Shown here: piece after piece, positions 23,531 to 37,308 of the stretch
Position numbering within the stretch: position 1 is the stretch's first letter
How the letters are laid out: every line of letters starts with the position of its first letter
Assembly: GCA_965287045.1 (NCBI GenBank)
Contig: OZ336873.1
Span: 110,546,001-110,610,000 of the forward strand
Source: Carcharhinus amblyrhynchos
Lineage: Eukaryota
Reading direction: 5' to 3'
Length of the DNA stretch: 64,000 nucleotides
Made by a program: the position numbers and the translations under genes
Notes under the pieces: generated by a model
Seen by the model: the letters and a program-made list of their open reading frames with translations, nothing else
Databases searched by the model: none
Told to the model about the DNA's origin: nothing

Positions 23531-25292
23531 CTATCAGTGGTTGACTATCCAATTAGAAATTTGGGACCATGTGTCCTTTAATTATTGACTCTGCTCTGAT
23601 TCCTAACACAGTGACAGCAATCACAACACACAAGCACCAGATGGCAAGCTGGGAGAAGCCTTACTTTCTTTTTTTAATTTGAAGCTGAAACAAACTACTC
23701 TGGACTAAGTACTTCATATCAAAAAAATCCTCTCGGCATCTGTACAAGAGAGGACTTTTCTTTGAATATGTTTAAATTGTGCTTTAGGAGCTATTTTGCA
23801 CTCAGAACACCATTTATTGAAGTAGACAGCATTTGAAAAAAAATTGAAAGCAAGGCGATCGAACAGTTTATTTAGTTTTTTTTCCCAAATCATATGGCTT
23901 TCACTTCACTGGTGTAAGTAATGGCTAGATAGAGCCAGGAAGAAAATTAATATGACAGAAATAGACTGAAAGGGATGATCATACTGGAGATCTCTAGTGT
24001 TAATATTATACAGTGCAAACTCTACCAAAAGACAAATAAATTGAATACTTGATATTGTGTTATCATAGCAACAGTTGCAGTCCCAGAAGGCTCCATGACT
24101 CTCCCTTTGGCAATGAATATGTTCCCACATTCTGAGTATAAAAATGAACAGAAGGAGACGCCACTCAATTGAATTGTTTTAATGCCGATCCTTCACCACC
24201 CAGATACAGGGGGTCACTTCCAACATGACGCCCAACACAAGGTGAATATGGGCCCAAAACAATGGCAGATTACTAATGAGCTGGACCTCTTATTCTCTCG
24301 GGTAGTGACCTATTCTGATCACTTCAGTGCAAAAATGCTATCAACGGCGTCGGGAACAAGCTAACCCCTTTTGACCTCAGTCAACATTCATTAGTGTAAT
24401 GATTGTAAAATGGGACTTTTCACGAGGGAACATGATTGAATCTAACTTAAGTTATAAACTGTACCTGAGTTAATTACATATTTGTTTATCATTCAGGTCA
24501 CAATTGATTATCTAGGTCTGAGAACACTTATTTCATTTTTATCCTGCATTTATTGAACATTGAGACCAAATCTTTTTTGCTTCATCTGTGCCTTTAAGAA
24601 CCAAAAATGTATCTTGGCAGCTTTACGCAATGAAAGATTATTTCAGACCCCAGCTTTCAACCGAGCATTTGAGAAAATAATTTTCCACAGATGTCAATAG
24701 ATATCAGGCTCTTAAAATTTAGAATTTTTTCAATACATTGTCATCTCTATTCTATCTTTAGATATTGGTGTAGGGGTATGACCACCATGCTCAGAAGGGT
24801 AAAATTGCAGAGTTGAAACAAGAACTATGGTTTGACGTTTGTGAAAACTTGTTGCAAAGGGGTTAATTTCATTTTCATTTCCACAGTTAATCAGATAGCC
24901 ATTATTTTGGCAATCTAGGTGCACATTAAGGCAGTACTGTTGTTTATGGAGCAGAGATTTGTTGGAATTAAATTAAGCCATGACGAACCACTTTGAAATT
25001 CTGAAAATAATGTTCCATATTTGAATCTGCTGTGGAATTGATTTTCATTCATCAGAAGTGGCGCTTAAGCCCCCATTTAGCACAAAGGAAAATGGACTTT
25101 CTCCACATGATTCCCCTTTATTTCACTTCGTTATAGAGTTTTGGTCTATTTAGGCAGCAGGAGAGTTTAGTCCTGAAGCAACAATCCATGCAAGAACACA
25201 GCAGGGATGCTAATGTTAGGATGGACTGACACCACAAACTCATTTTTCCCACTGTTTGGAATGATATGACCAGTGTCAAAAACTGTACTTAC

Positions 25293-25387
25293 ATTGGTAC
25301 CCTGGTGTGGCTCCCTCTGGGTGCAAGTTCAAAGTCTGTAGCATCTGCACTAATGCTGAGCACTGATCTTGTCATCCAGAACTGTAA
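25293..25387 (-). pseudogene. Exon F: LQFWMTRSVLSISADATDFELAPRGSHTRVP(I)
   Basis: Acceptor ttgtttttgctag (an alternative in-frame cag lies 6 nt later, exon start 25381), donor gtaagt. 95 nt, phase 0 to 2; the other two frames are closed. Confidence 0.65.
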
Positions 25388-25834
25388 CTAGCAAAAACAA
25401 GCGCAAGTGGTCTCACACTGTATTGGCACTCTGGCATTTTCTGTTAGCTGATCACGTGAATAAATGAAGATATCAAATGTTGCTTCAGGGTTATATGTCT
25501 ATTAGCACCAGAGCCATCTGGTATCATTTCCATGCAAGCACTTGGCTTTAGTATTGGTATGAGAATGGAAAAATGTCCCTCTGGAATTGAAATTCTCTCT
25601 AGAATGCGCCAATAGTTTAAAGAAAGTGATCAAATTGCCCAAGTTGTTTTAACAACGGTTGATTTCCTGTCAAAACCAAGTCACCCTCTAGAGCCTGAGC
25701 AACAGTGTGTTTACATTATCACACTTGTGGAATGCACTGAACTCTGAACCTCAGGTCTGGATGCTCTGGAGGGCTTAGAATGATTTGCCAATTCAGCAAC
25801 TGTGTTTAAGCCAGGGCAGTTCCAGGTTTAATAA

Positions 25835-26258
25835 TAAAGTAAAAATTTATTTATTAGTCACACACAGGCTTACATTGCAATGAAGTTACTGTGAAAATCC
25901 CCTAGTCGCCACACTCTGGCGCCTGTTCAGGTACACTGAGGGAGAACTTGGCATGGCCAATTCACCCAACCTGCACATCTTTGGAAGAAACCCGAGCACC
26001 CAGAGGAAACCCACGCAGACAGGAGGAGAATGTGCAAAGTCCGCACAGAGCCAGGAATTGAACCTGGGTTGATAAGAGAGGGGATTAAGGGTTATGGGGA
26101 GAAAGCGGGAAAGTGGAACTGAGCAGCGACAGATCAGCCATGATCTTATTGAATGGCGGGGCAGGCTCGAAGGGCTAGATGGCCTACTCCTGCTCCTATT
26201 TCTTATGTTCTTATGTTCTTATGAGGCAGCAATGCTAACCGCTGTGCCACTGTGCCCC
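25835..26258 (-). mobile_element. HE1-type SINE interrupted by a + strand CR1 tail (26070-26223)
   Basis: The SINE breaks after gaacctgggtt and resumes at gaggcagcaatgc; the insert ends in (TTCTTATG)3. Confidence 0.85.
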
Positions 26259-28139
26259 CCAATTCAGCATGGTGATAAGGGCTCAATGTTTACTTTGAGT
26301 GAGGGTAAAACAAAATCCTTGTATTGTACCTCATCATCTCTCAGAAATGCCTCAGTGTACTAAGGAGCCTGAGGTATTTTGACCAAGAGTGGCAATGACG
26401 TTGGAAAATAGCAGCTCTTTCATATTACGTTAGATCCCACAAAATGCAGTGATATCAGCCCGCTTCATTGGCTTCTGTGGATTCGAGGGAAAAGGCTTGA
26501 CCAGGAGAACTGCCCTACTTTTAGTTGCGCTGTAAGACCTTTCAGCAGCTACCGACACCAACAAAATAGGCTAAAGGAACTTTGAATTAATAGTCAGTTG
26601 GCAACATCTTTGACTGCGCTCCAACTTTCTGTTGTTACCCAAGATTATATGTATAATAGAATAGGCTTCAATTCAGGGATTTTGTCATGAGATTTTGGTG
26701 AAACACGTAACTGTGATGTGAGAAAAAAAGAGGTCCAGGTTGTCTGGACTAATCTGATTGGGTCGTACAATGCAGGCCTGAGAATTTTCCTCACTACATT
26801 CTGTACTATTTTGCTGTTCAGAGAGGAGAAGCCTGGAAAGGTGAACAACAACGTTCGTCAGGGGTCCTGGTGTTCACATCTATCTTTCAGCTGAGTGTGC
26901 AGCCTGCAGCAGCCCAACAGCACTTGTCTTGTGATTATTAGATAACACTGTTGGACATGAGAGGGGTGCACTTTGATGGAGTTGGGGGGCGGCGGGGCGG
27001 GTGGCGAGGGGGTTCAGCCTTCCATGGATGGGATTTGGGGGATGGGCTCTGGGGGTGAGGGGGTGGTGGTTGGTGGCAGTGGTGGGGACGGATGCATGCC
27101 AGCAGCAGCATCTTCTTACTGTGTCACTGATCTGGGAGGGACACAGCATTGCCATTCTCACACTCCACAGGGATGAGGCACCAGGTGAGAGTGATACTTC
27201 CCTCAAGCTTGGTGGCATGAACAGGCAGTGGGTGGGTGGATGAAATGAAATTTAATGCCAAACATTCGAAACAAAATGGTGATCTATTTACACTCGTGCC
27301 TATATTCACCCATGCCTACTAAGAGCCAAAGGTTTCTTAATCTTCCTCAACTTCCTATTATGTCTAAGTGTATTCCCAGGATCCACAGCTGAGGTTGAGG
27401 CAGCCTGCCAAACTCCATGCCCTTTTTCCTGAGGTAACCCATGAGAGGGCTGGGCCCTTGAGGCCTGCTTTCTGGCAGCACAAATGTTTGACTGCTTCTC
27501 TCCTCGGTGTCAAGGGCTGAGGATGTCTCACTCACAGGGAGCAGGGTATCAGATGGGCTGAAGGTGCTAGGGTCCCTTTCTAGAGGGTCCTGAGCTGTAT
27601 TCCTGCTGACCATTATTCCTTCTCTTCCAGATGCCCCTACACTCTGATCTAATTGTCTGATCTAACATCTCCTTAGTTCATTTGGTGTTATATTTTGTTT
27701 CATGATGCCTCTGTGAAGCACCTCACGATGTCTTGTTTCATTAAAATACATCTAAGTTGATTTTGTGGACCTCATGATGGCATTTTGCTCATTAGCAAGT
27801 TGAGTTCTGTTTTTAGTCCCTAGCTGCCAGATATGAGTCTTTGGGATCTGGCAACAAGGCATCTTTGACCAAATAGTACTCCCTCAGTACTGCACTGACG
27901 TGTTAGCCTATATTATGTACTCACCCCTGAGACTTGAACTCTGAGACTTCCCCAGAGAGTAGTGCAGGCAGGGTAACTGAATACTTTTAAGGCAGATTCT
28001 TGGCTACCAAGGGAGTCAAAGGGATAGGAGACAGGCAGGAAATGGAGCTGAGGCCACAGTACAGGTCAGCTGTGATCATATCAAATGGTGGAGCAAGCTC
28101 AAGAGGCCAAATGGCCTATTCATAATTCATAAGTTTGTA

Positions 28140-28720
28140 TTGAATCATAGAATCTCGACAGCGCAGGAGGAGGCCAATTGCTCCATTGAACCGACATGGA
28201 CAACAATGCCAACCAAACCTTATCCCCATAACTCCACATATTTACCCTGCTTATCCCCCTGACACTAAGGGGCAATTTGGCATGGCCAACCAACTTAATC
28301 TGCACATGTTTGGACTGTGGGAGGAAATCCACACAGATACAGGAAAAATGTGCAAATTTCATATAGACAGTTAACAAAGACTGGTATTGTATTTGGTGTG
28401 AAGTTTAAGTTTTTACGTTTATTTATTAGTGTCACAAATAAGCTTACATTAACACTGCAATTAAGTTACTTTGAAAATCCCCTAGTCGCAACTGTCCGGC
28501 ACTTGTTCGTATACACTACGGGAGAATTTAGCACAGCCAATGCACCTAACAAGCACATCTTTCAGACTGTGGAAGGAAGGTGGAACACCTGGAGGAAACC
28601 CATGCAGACATGGGGAGAACATGCAGGCTCTGCACAGACAGAGACCCAAGCCAGGAGTTAAACCTAGCTCCCTGGTGCTGTGAGGCAATAGTGCCAACAA
28701 CTGTGCCGTTGTGTTACCCA
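28140..28720 (-). mobile_element. Two adjacent HE1-type SINEs (28140-28385, 28410-28720)
   Basis: V core in both, with two different tail types. Confidence 0.85.
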
Positions 28721-29529
28721 AAGGAACCCATTATCTTCTGACTCAGAGGCGAGAGTCCTACCATGCAGCTAACGCCATATGAAGAAGCACATGTAGCATT
28801 TGATAACTTTGGTCATGAGATGACCTCACAGAATCCAGACAAGGTCATCTTCCCCATTCTTCGGGTGCATGAGGGCAGGGATGTGTCGTGATCTTGAAGT
28901 CATTTCCCCTGGGGGAACCAAGACTTCGGACTCATAGTCACACTATCTGGTGTAGAAGGCTAAGTAAATTATGTGTGCCTTTTTATGTACATAGTGTTAT
29001 TCATTCCTTGGTAACAGAGTCTCTTTTTCCTTTTTGGAATGTAAAGAACTGGAAAGGTAAAACCTTCTGACTGCAGTGCAGTGACCCCGAACAACATTCG
29101 GCAGAAAATGAAGCTAAAAGAATCAAAACTTCAAGACAGTGGAGCTATTAGAAAAGAAATAAGCTTGCAAACTGATTCTCGTTAGTTACTGGGTGCCTTT
29201 AGTCCTGAAGATGCTTTTTCCCAATGAAACCCACAGAAATTAAAGATATAAGAAAAAACTAGTCTACTACTATTTTAGATGGACCAGGTGCCTAAAAATA
29301 TGGAACTGTTAAAAACTGCAGAGATTAAGTCAAGTACTTAAGAGCAGATCTGGAAGTGCTGGAAAGGAGCTATGTTTCTTATATAACAATTGCAACAACT
29401 ATTGTATTTATTTTGTTCCTTTTATAATGAATGAGCATTCTGGAGGGAAATGTATAGAATGGTCATGATAATTGAAACGCCAACAGAATCCATGTGATCA
29501 GCAGTGGGAAGGATGAATTAAACACACAA

Positions 29530-30105
29530 ACATAGAAAATAGGATCAATAGAAAATAGGCCCTTCGAGTCTACTGTACCATTCAACATGATCATAGCTGA
29601 TCCTCTATCTAAATGCCATCCAAATTCCAGTGTTATTTTAATGCCATATTCCAGTGTTCTCCCAAACCCTTTGACTCCGTTAAAGTCCAGAAGTCTATCT
29701 CTTCCCTCCTTAACTATATTCAGTGATTTATGCTCCACAGCCTTCTGTGATACAGAATTCCACAGGTTCACCACCCTCTGAATGAAGGAGTTTCTCTTCA
29801 TTTTAGTCTAAATGGTCTACTTTGTTTCCAAAGACTGTGACTCCTTTTTCTAGACTCTCCAGCCAGAGAAGACAAAACCCTGCATCCAATCTGTCTGGCT
29901 CTGTCAGAATTTTATACTTTTCAATTAGATCCTCTCTCATTCTTCTCAATCCCAGTGAATACGGGCCGCATCAGCCCCAATCTCTACTCATACAACAACC
30001 TTGTTATCCCGGGGATCGGTCTGGTGTACTTTGGCCGCATCCCATCAATGGCAAGTAAATCCTTTCATAGATAAGGAGATCAGAACTGCATACAATACTG
30101 CATGT
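29530..30105 (-). mobile_element. CR1 3' fragment
   Basis: MKRNSFIQRVVNLWNSVSQKAVE. Confidence 0.85.
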
Positions 30106-30689
30106 GAGGTTGGAGAGAGAGGAGAAAGACCAGCCCCTGATGAGCTCATTACAATAATAGACTCAGCAATAATACAATTTATGATAACGAGTACAAGTTA
30201 GATGACGATAGTTAAAATGTTTCAGCACTTAACAGGCATTCAAGGCAGTAACCTGTGCAGTCCTGTGCAATTCATAGAGCTATGGAAAAATACACCCTTG
30301 TATATATAATATGAGCTCTGTTGAGAAAAATTAGGCCATTGAATGCCACAGGATTGTACTTTCAACCATGGGCCTAAGCAACAAATGGAGAACGTGTCGC
30401 TGAACATCAAATAGAAGCGGTTATCTGCAATTGCAGGGATTTGGAGACACCCTCTTGAGACAGATTTAGATTTTGCAACACATCTTCAGAGATGACATTA
30501 AAACCACAGAGTGTTCTCACAATACATTTGCTACAGCAAAGGATGAAATGCTGTTCAATGAGATAAAAATGTCCCAATTCCAGTCTGCTGACAGGGTGGG
30601 GGCCAATGGGGGATGCAGGAGCAGGGGAGAGGAGTAACTAAAAACTGGATTACTTTGCCTTGTAGTGTTAATTGCAGAGGAACTATTTT

Positions 30690-30966
30690 TTTAAATTTAT
30701 TAATTAGTCACAAGTAAGGCTTACATTAACACTGTAATGAAATTACTGTGAAAATCCCCTAGTCACCACAGTCTGGTGCCTGTTCAGGCCAATGCACCTA
30801 ACCAGCACGTCTTTCAGACTGTGAGAGGAAACCAGAGCACTTAAAGGAAATCCATGCAGGCACAGGGAGGACATGCAAACTCAAGACAGACAGTGACCCA
30901 AGCCAGGAATCGAACATGAGTCTCTGGTGCTGTGAGGAAGCAGTGTTACCCACTGTGCCACCATGC
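30690..30966 (-). mobile_element. HE1-type SINE
   Basis: Head, V core and acattaacactg tail. Confidence 0.85.
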
Positions 30967-33389
30967 AGTTCACAGCAGTTCACACGCCTGGAGAGGGATA
31001 GCATGAAGTGAAGGTCATTAGTTAGTAAACTGGGGATTGTTACAACCCACTGGCTTAATTCTAACCTGACACAACCATGGGCTTCCTGCGTTACACCATG
31101 CACAATTTAATATCCACTGACTTCAATAGAACACAACATCAAATAGATGTAAGATGGCATTCTACCCAAACCTGCACCATGTCCTGCTGAACAGGTTAGG
31201 TTACAATTTTACCCTCTTACTGGATGAAGAAAAAGTGAATGCTGCTGGTGCTGCCACCTGCCTAACCGGATTTGTCCATTGACAACAGACCAGTTAAATT
31301 TTGGTAGACTATGTCACAATCTGCAAAATAAAGTCAGTGGTTAGGAGACCTGGGCAACCTTGAAAAAACACATCAGGAATTTAGCGCAAAATATAACAAG
31401 ACTACTCTGAGGAAATACAATTTGAACCTGTAAACTGCGAGAACGTTGGGTGTCACACAGAAGTCGCAGTAATTGTAAACGGTAATGACATACCTTTTAC
31501 TTGAGAGCAAAACAGTGCACCAAATGGAGCCAGTTAATATATCCAGTAGAAAAATATACTTGCCAGCACAACTCAGGCCTCTTCATAGCCACCAGCGAGA
31601 CCTGTGAAACTAGTCATCTTGGATCAAATCAGAAAGAGTGTCCAGATGTCTTTTCAGGAACAGGCTGCCGCGAGGGAGAATATTAACTGCCTCAGATTCT
31701 CAGATGAAACTAGTGATTCATCCATTCAGCAAACTAGCAGTTGCAGTAAAAAGCCAGCTCAAGAAGTTGAAAGGCCGGCTAAGCTAAAGATGATGAACTC
31801 AGTAACCAACCTGGCCCAGTGAGTTTTCATTCAGGTCACTGCAGAAAAATAAGAGTTGGCATCGCACTTTGAGATTTAGACAGCTTAGGGCAAGGTAACT
31901 ATTTCTCGTCTATTACTGAGGATTTATTACCAGACTTAAGCTGTGTGAAAATCGTCAATCTTTTACTGTGTAGTACTGGATGGGAAGTATTCCTGTGCTA
32001 CAGTGCTTACTATGCATTTGGCAGTTGCAGATGATTGTGAATGCCCTTAGGGTTGCTAATTCTAAATTTGCATCTTGTCAAAGTATTTCTTAGGTTTTCA
32101 CAGGGACTTTTTTGTTGATGTCAGAGTTTCCACCCGCTCAGTATGAACGTCCTATTCCTTTGGTCCGGAAATATTCAACACTCCATGAGGTTTCATGCTG
32201 TCTTTGTGTGCCAAGAGCAATCCAGGATGCACAAGGATCTACAAAGAGAAAGACAACTTGCAAAATCTGCTTGAAAGTGCATAAAATATGTAATTGTTAA
32301 AAGTCATTTGTGTTGAGGTGGGTCTGATGAGATAATACTTCTTTGATTTAGCAGTTGAAAAACATACCTTCTGAAGGGAGGCAAGAGAATAGACCATTCT
32401 TTGAAAAAGCTACCGGAATTCTGCTGTGGAAGCACCAATCAACTGCTTACTCACATTAACCCCGAGAACAGTGATGTTTTCGCAATTGCAGATTTGCAGT
32501 TTCTCCGTCTAATCATGAAAGTTGATTAAACCATCCTTAGGCAGCTTGACCACAATGTCACAATAGGTGAGAAAGTTGTTTAAAAATAACCATCCCCAAA
32601 GGTGTGGCAGCCCTAACGTCTAAGCGGTATAATTAAGATCCCTGCTGTGCATTTTGAGCAGCGAAAAAATTCTCCCTAACTCGATTGTACATTGTCTTAT
32701 TTGTTTTATTTCCCACACAGTTGGTGTGAATTTGGAATGGGAATTATGATTTGAAGACAGAATAACAGAAGCATCAATTGTGCTGGCATTGACTGCGAAA
32801 TTGGAATCTATCTGGTTCCACTCCCCTGCCCTTTCTCCATAGCCTGCAGATCTTTCTTTTTGAAGTACATGGACGCAATTTTCTGTCCCACTCTGCTGGT
32901 CAAGTAACGTAGCAGGGGTGGGAAATTTAAGCGGAAAACAAAAAATCAAATTCCCATGCACCTGCCAATAAATTGTAAATATCAAGGGCCTTTTTTTTGC
33001 ATGATTAGCCTTGCGCCAACAAATGGCGCAAGGCTAATTGAAATATTCATCAACTGATTTCAATGTGTTTCATGAGTTCTGGATGGTATTGTCTGGGCTC
33101 ACTTGGATTTCCAATCTTGCCAATGGAGGTCCACAACAGCGGGGATCACAGCTAGTCCCCAGCAATGTTTATATTTAGAAATATAGTTTTCATTGTTAGA
33201 AACATAGTTTCTAACGGAGTAGGCTTAAAGGGCCAAATGGCCTATTCCTGCTTCTAGTTTCTATGTTTCTATGGTGGGGCCAGAGAACACTGAACCTTCC
33301 CCCCCCCCCCAACCCACGCACCCACCACGACCCTCCCCCATCTCCCCTCTGGTGGTCAGTGCCCCTTGGTAAGATTGCCCATTGCGGCT

Positions 33390-33735
33390 ATAAGAATTGG
33401 TCAGATGGTGGGAATTCTGAGATAAGTAATTGACTTCCTGACTTCCCACAGGTTGTCCACCATCTACAAGGCATAAGTCAGGAATGTGATGGATTTTCTT
33501 TCCACTTACAAAACATGGCTCCATCCAAGACAAAAAATCAGTGTGCACACCATCCTCCATTCTTAGCACTCACTTTATTCACCAACATGGCTGCAGTGTG
33601 CACCATCTGCAAGATGCACTGCAGTAATTTGCCAAAGTTCCTTCAACAGCAAATTCCAAACTCACAAACTTGACTGTAGAGAAGGACAAGAACAGTGGAC
33701 ACAAGGGAACATCTGCACATTCCTATCCAAGTGTG
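33390..33735 (+). mobile_element. Old CR1/L2-type LINE 3' fragment
   Basis: ccaccatctacaaggca.aagtcagga..caccatctgcaagatgcactgcag; same family as 61165-62460. Confidence 0.7.
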
Positions 33736-34345
33736 GCTGAGAATGAGCCCTATGTAAATGCCTTGAACAGAATACTTTGATGAGAGCTCACCTCCTGTAG
33801 TTCTACGTCACCTATGAATCCAAGAAATACCCAATGGTACAGGAATATTGCACTCGATATTCATGGTTAATGGGAAGGTAACTGTGTGTTGGTGCATTAT
33901 AAATTACCTGAACAGGGAAATGCTCAGGCAGGGAGTAAAAAATGGCTGATGGTGGAGTTATCGAAGGCAGGTGTCAAGTTTACAGTTACAGGCAAGGTTG
34001 TACTAACTACTGACTGCAATTCAAAATTCTCCTGCAAGTCAGAACATAGATTAACTGTCATTTGTCTGCTTAGTCTAAATCTATGTCTGACTTGTCTTCA
34101 CTAAAAGTCAAGAAACTCCAGTGGGACAGATAAACTGACAGGAAAGGATATAGCCTCCTCCTCTATCTTCTTTCCATGGCAGCAGCTGCCACATCCATCA
34201 TAATGTATCCTTCCATTGTCACGCTGTGTCTCCTTGCTGAAATTTCCTGCTCTGCTTTAAACGGCCCTAGTATTATTAAACGAGCTACACTTAAATGAGG
34301 CCTAAAACTGACTTTGATTTTAAAGTAGCAATTTAAAAAGCTTAC

Positions 34346-34487
34346 CTCAAGGCAATCCACTTGCTCTGTGAACCACAATGGGTTTTTAACATTTTTAATA
34401 ATTGAAAACAATTTGTCTTGACGTAGTGCATCTCTAATAGTACCGAAATCTTGTTTGAGAGTGCAAGCCACACATGACATGATCCTT
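34346..34487 (-). pseudogene. Exon E: RIMSCVACTLKQDFGTIRDALRQDKLFSIIKNVKNPLWFTEQVDCLE
   Basis: Acceptor catgctttcgacag, donor GAG|gtaagc. 142 nt, phase 2 to 0, open frame. Confidence 0.7.
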
Positions 34488-35459
34488 CTGTCGAAAGCAT
34501 GAACACAGGTTCTGCATTTTAACTCTGTTAGCCATCATGTTCAATATGGCTTCGTGTTATTTATATTACAGTTTTATACTCTTTAGCACTTGTAAAATCA
34601 GTCTGAACATTACAAAGATATTAATATAGATTTGACAAACTGAGGATTAGATGTTCTGTTTCTTTGAGCTCTGAGTAGCATACAGTTTACAGTAATAACG
34701 CAGAGATAATAAAATGACATTATGAAATCCTTCAGACAAAAAGCACAGCTCACAACTTAAATGGAAATGTTAATACTGGTCTTGTCTGTGTATGACAAAA
34801 TGCAGCACTCTCTATAGAGAGCGTGTGACATGCATCACTTTCTCACTCACCTGATTTAACATTATAGTCAGTTCTCTTATGCAGTGTGCTACTTGAAACA
34901 CCGACCTTTGCTATTAAACTGCATTAGCTACAATGGAAATAACCTCAGTGCCGTAATTTCTCATCATACCGGAGGATTGTTAGGTTAATGGGCCAAATTG
35001 ACCTGGAAAATAACCATGTGTTAATGATGTGCTGCTGTTATCAATGCACAAATCATCCAGCAAGTTCAGTGGGCGAAACTATACAAAGTGAGTCTCCAGA
35101 ACTTGCTGATCAATTTTAGCTGCTCTGCCATTTACCTCCAACAAAGAGCATTTTACCTTGGCCTCCCTGTTCATTTTAAAACCTTGCTGTATTTGCACAT
35201 TAATTGAGGACTAAATTCACCGCAGAGAGTAAGGGTTCATAATTAAAGAGGGTAATTCACATCAATGCGATGTCAACCAATTTGTCCGACATTGAAAGGA
35301 AACAATTGAATTTGTTAAATCTCATTCCCGCATGGAATAATTTGTTAGAAGTTTGAACAAAATTGGAGCATGGTGACTTCAGAAGAGCTGTGCCCAGCAT
35401 ACCCTCTAATTCAATCTTTTACTCTCATTCTATGTATTTAAAACTTTATTCTAACTCTT

Positions 35460-35628
35460 TTCAACTGTCTTTCTCTACACACTGGCTATGACTGTAACAT
35501 ACACTATGCACTCTCTCCTTTCCTTCTCTATGTACAATATGCTCCATCTGTATAGCACGTATGAAACAATACTTTTCACTGTATACCAATACATGGTCCA
35601 ATAATAATTCAAATCAAAATCAAGTCAA
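35460..35628 (+). mobile_element. Rex1/Babar 3' UTR fragment
   Basis: Matches 9070-9222. Confidence 0.8.
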
Positions 35629-37058
35629 ACTTTAAATGTTTTTCTCACTTTTGCTTTTTTTCTCTCTTTTCTCCCTCTTAATCCAATAATTTTTTTCCTT
35701 TATCATTTCCCTGTATGTATCTGATTTGAATTTAAGTCACCCTCCTCCAACATTCCTCTCTTGTTTCTCATTAGGTAAAGAGTTGCACTTTTGGTCCCAT
35801 CATTCATGCAGATCCCAGACTCCTCATTGCCCTGACATTCAGCGAGTTACAGAGCAAAACATTTTAAAGCTAAATGTTGCCAGAGAAAGTGTAAATAATG
35901 GCACACACGGGATGCCCCATGTACTTCAGCAAGATTTGTTGTTCAGTTATACTCCTAATTCAGTGAGAAATTTGGAGTTTATTTTGGAAGTTTTACTTGT
36001 GATTCCATCAAATGAATTAATAGGAATCTGACCTTGCATCATATGAGATTATAATATTATACACAACAAAAGTCTTCTCATAACATGTAGAGTATCAAAC
36101 TTGGGCTAATCCCTTACATGTATTTTGCAGGAGATGAATGAAGTGATAAGGAAAAGTATTGGCATTATTCTCACTTTTTACATTGACAAGCTGTTTCAAT
36201 GAGCTTCACAGCCTTGAAATGTATCATTACAATACAGGCAAACATGGCAGCCAATTTGTGCACAGCAAGGTCTGAGCACAAGCTGGGGGTGCAAAGATAA
36301 GTATAGCCCCTGGGGGAGAGGGACATACTAGAACAGTGCCCTGGCACTGCTCCCAGACAGTGCCAATCTGGCAGTGCCATCCTGATGGTGCTGGGTCAGT
36401 GCCAATGGTGGGCTCTCAGAGAAACTTCATTTGGGGGGGGGGGGGTGTTTCCCCTTATGTGTGTTTCGGTGGGAAGGTGGGTGTTGCCCGGTACTTGTGG
36501 GTGGGGGATCCCTGTACCCATGAACAGGTGCAGTATTCTTTTTAATGCAGATTGAGGTGCCTTTTAAATGGGCACCTCAATCTCTGTAGATCTGGTATTA
36601 CCAGTTCCATCAGGCCCCGCCCTGCCAGCGTGACAGCGAAAACCACGTTTCTGGTTTTTCTGTGCACAGCGTTCTAGAGAATCTGGAAAGAAAACTCAGC
36701 AGTGCAGCTGAAAAGCTGCACACCAGATTTCCTGCCCCAGCCAGCACTCTGTGCACAGAGTACAAAATTCTGCTTCATGAGTTGGAAAGAATGAAAAGAG
36801 AATTTGTGCTCTCTCTCTTGATATATATTTGTATACAATAAACACTGCAAGCAGTGTATTCAACATAAACCAAAAAGTTGCTGACTTCAGAGGAAAAGAC
36901 AGCAATCGTTTGCCAATTATTTAAATTATCACTGCACACACTCTGGAATTATCACTGAACATGGCCCGAAACCATTCAACACATCAACCTTCAGGATCCA
37001 TATAAGATTGACTTTCTTTTGTTTGCTCTTACACAATTGAACATAGCCTCCATGTAAC

Positions 37059-37093
37059 GTGTGTGTGTGTGTGTGTCAGATGTGTGTAAGTGT
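37059..37093. repeat. (GT)n microsatellite
   Basis: gtgtgtgtgtgtgtgtgt followed by degenerate units. Confidence 0.9.
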
Positions 37094-37240
37094 GATCTGC
37101 TATATTTTTATAATGGTTTATCTATTGGGGTTCAGGACAATGAGCTCTTTTCTCTTATTTATGAGAAAACCTATCTGCGTTTCTTTTGCAGTTATGGCAT
37201 TTAAACAATTAAATACTCAATAAGTTGACAAGAAAATTAC

Positions 37241-37308
37241 TTTAAAACTCCTGTTACTGTCAACCGAGAGGTGAAATAAAGGCAGACCATTTTAATACTT
37301 CTCACTGG
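37241..37308 (-). pseudogene. Exon D: PVRSIKMVCLYFTSRLTVTGVL(K)
   Basis: Acceptor ttctctttcttatcttacag, donor gtaatt. 68 nt, phase 0 to 2, bridges exons C and E in frame. Confidence 0.6.

Larger units (their letters stand above)
28990..32300 (+). mobile_element. Very old Gypsy relic (gag to RT) interrupted by CR1 and SINE
   Basis: DELI..DRL at about 30140; KECPDVFSGTGCREGEY at 31633-31683; QEVERPAKLKMMNSVT at 31760-31810. These resemble Gypsy YPDVF.GLGCL.GEY and ELERLEK..VI..VT. Confidence 0.55.

Noticed and set aside
24780-25100. Unique stretches that look like conserved non-coding elements (also 10260-10570, 34800-35350, 53160-53460)
   Set aside because: Conservation cannot be judged from a single sequence.
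32321-32370. CTGATGA...GAAA hammerhead-like string (also at 13021, 30137, 47779 and 49178)
   Set aside because: No pairing stem II or stem III.
34346-34487. Second open frame in exon E (GSCHVWLALSNKISV..)
   Set aside because: It leads into closed frames in the next exon and has no recognisable motif.
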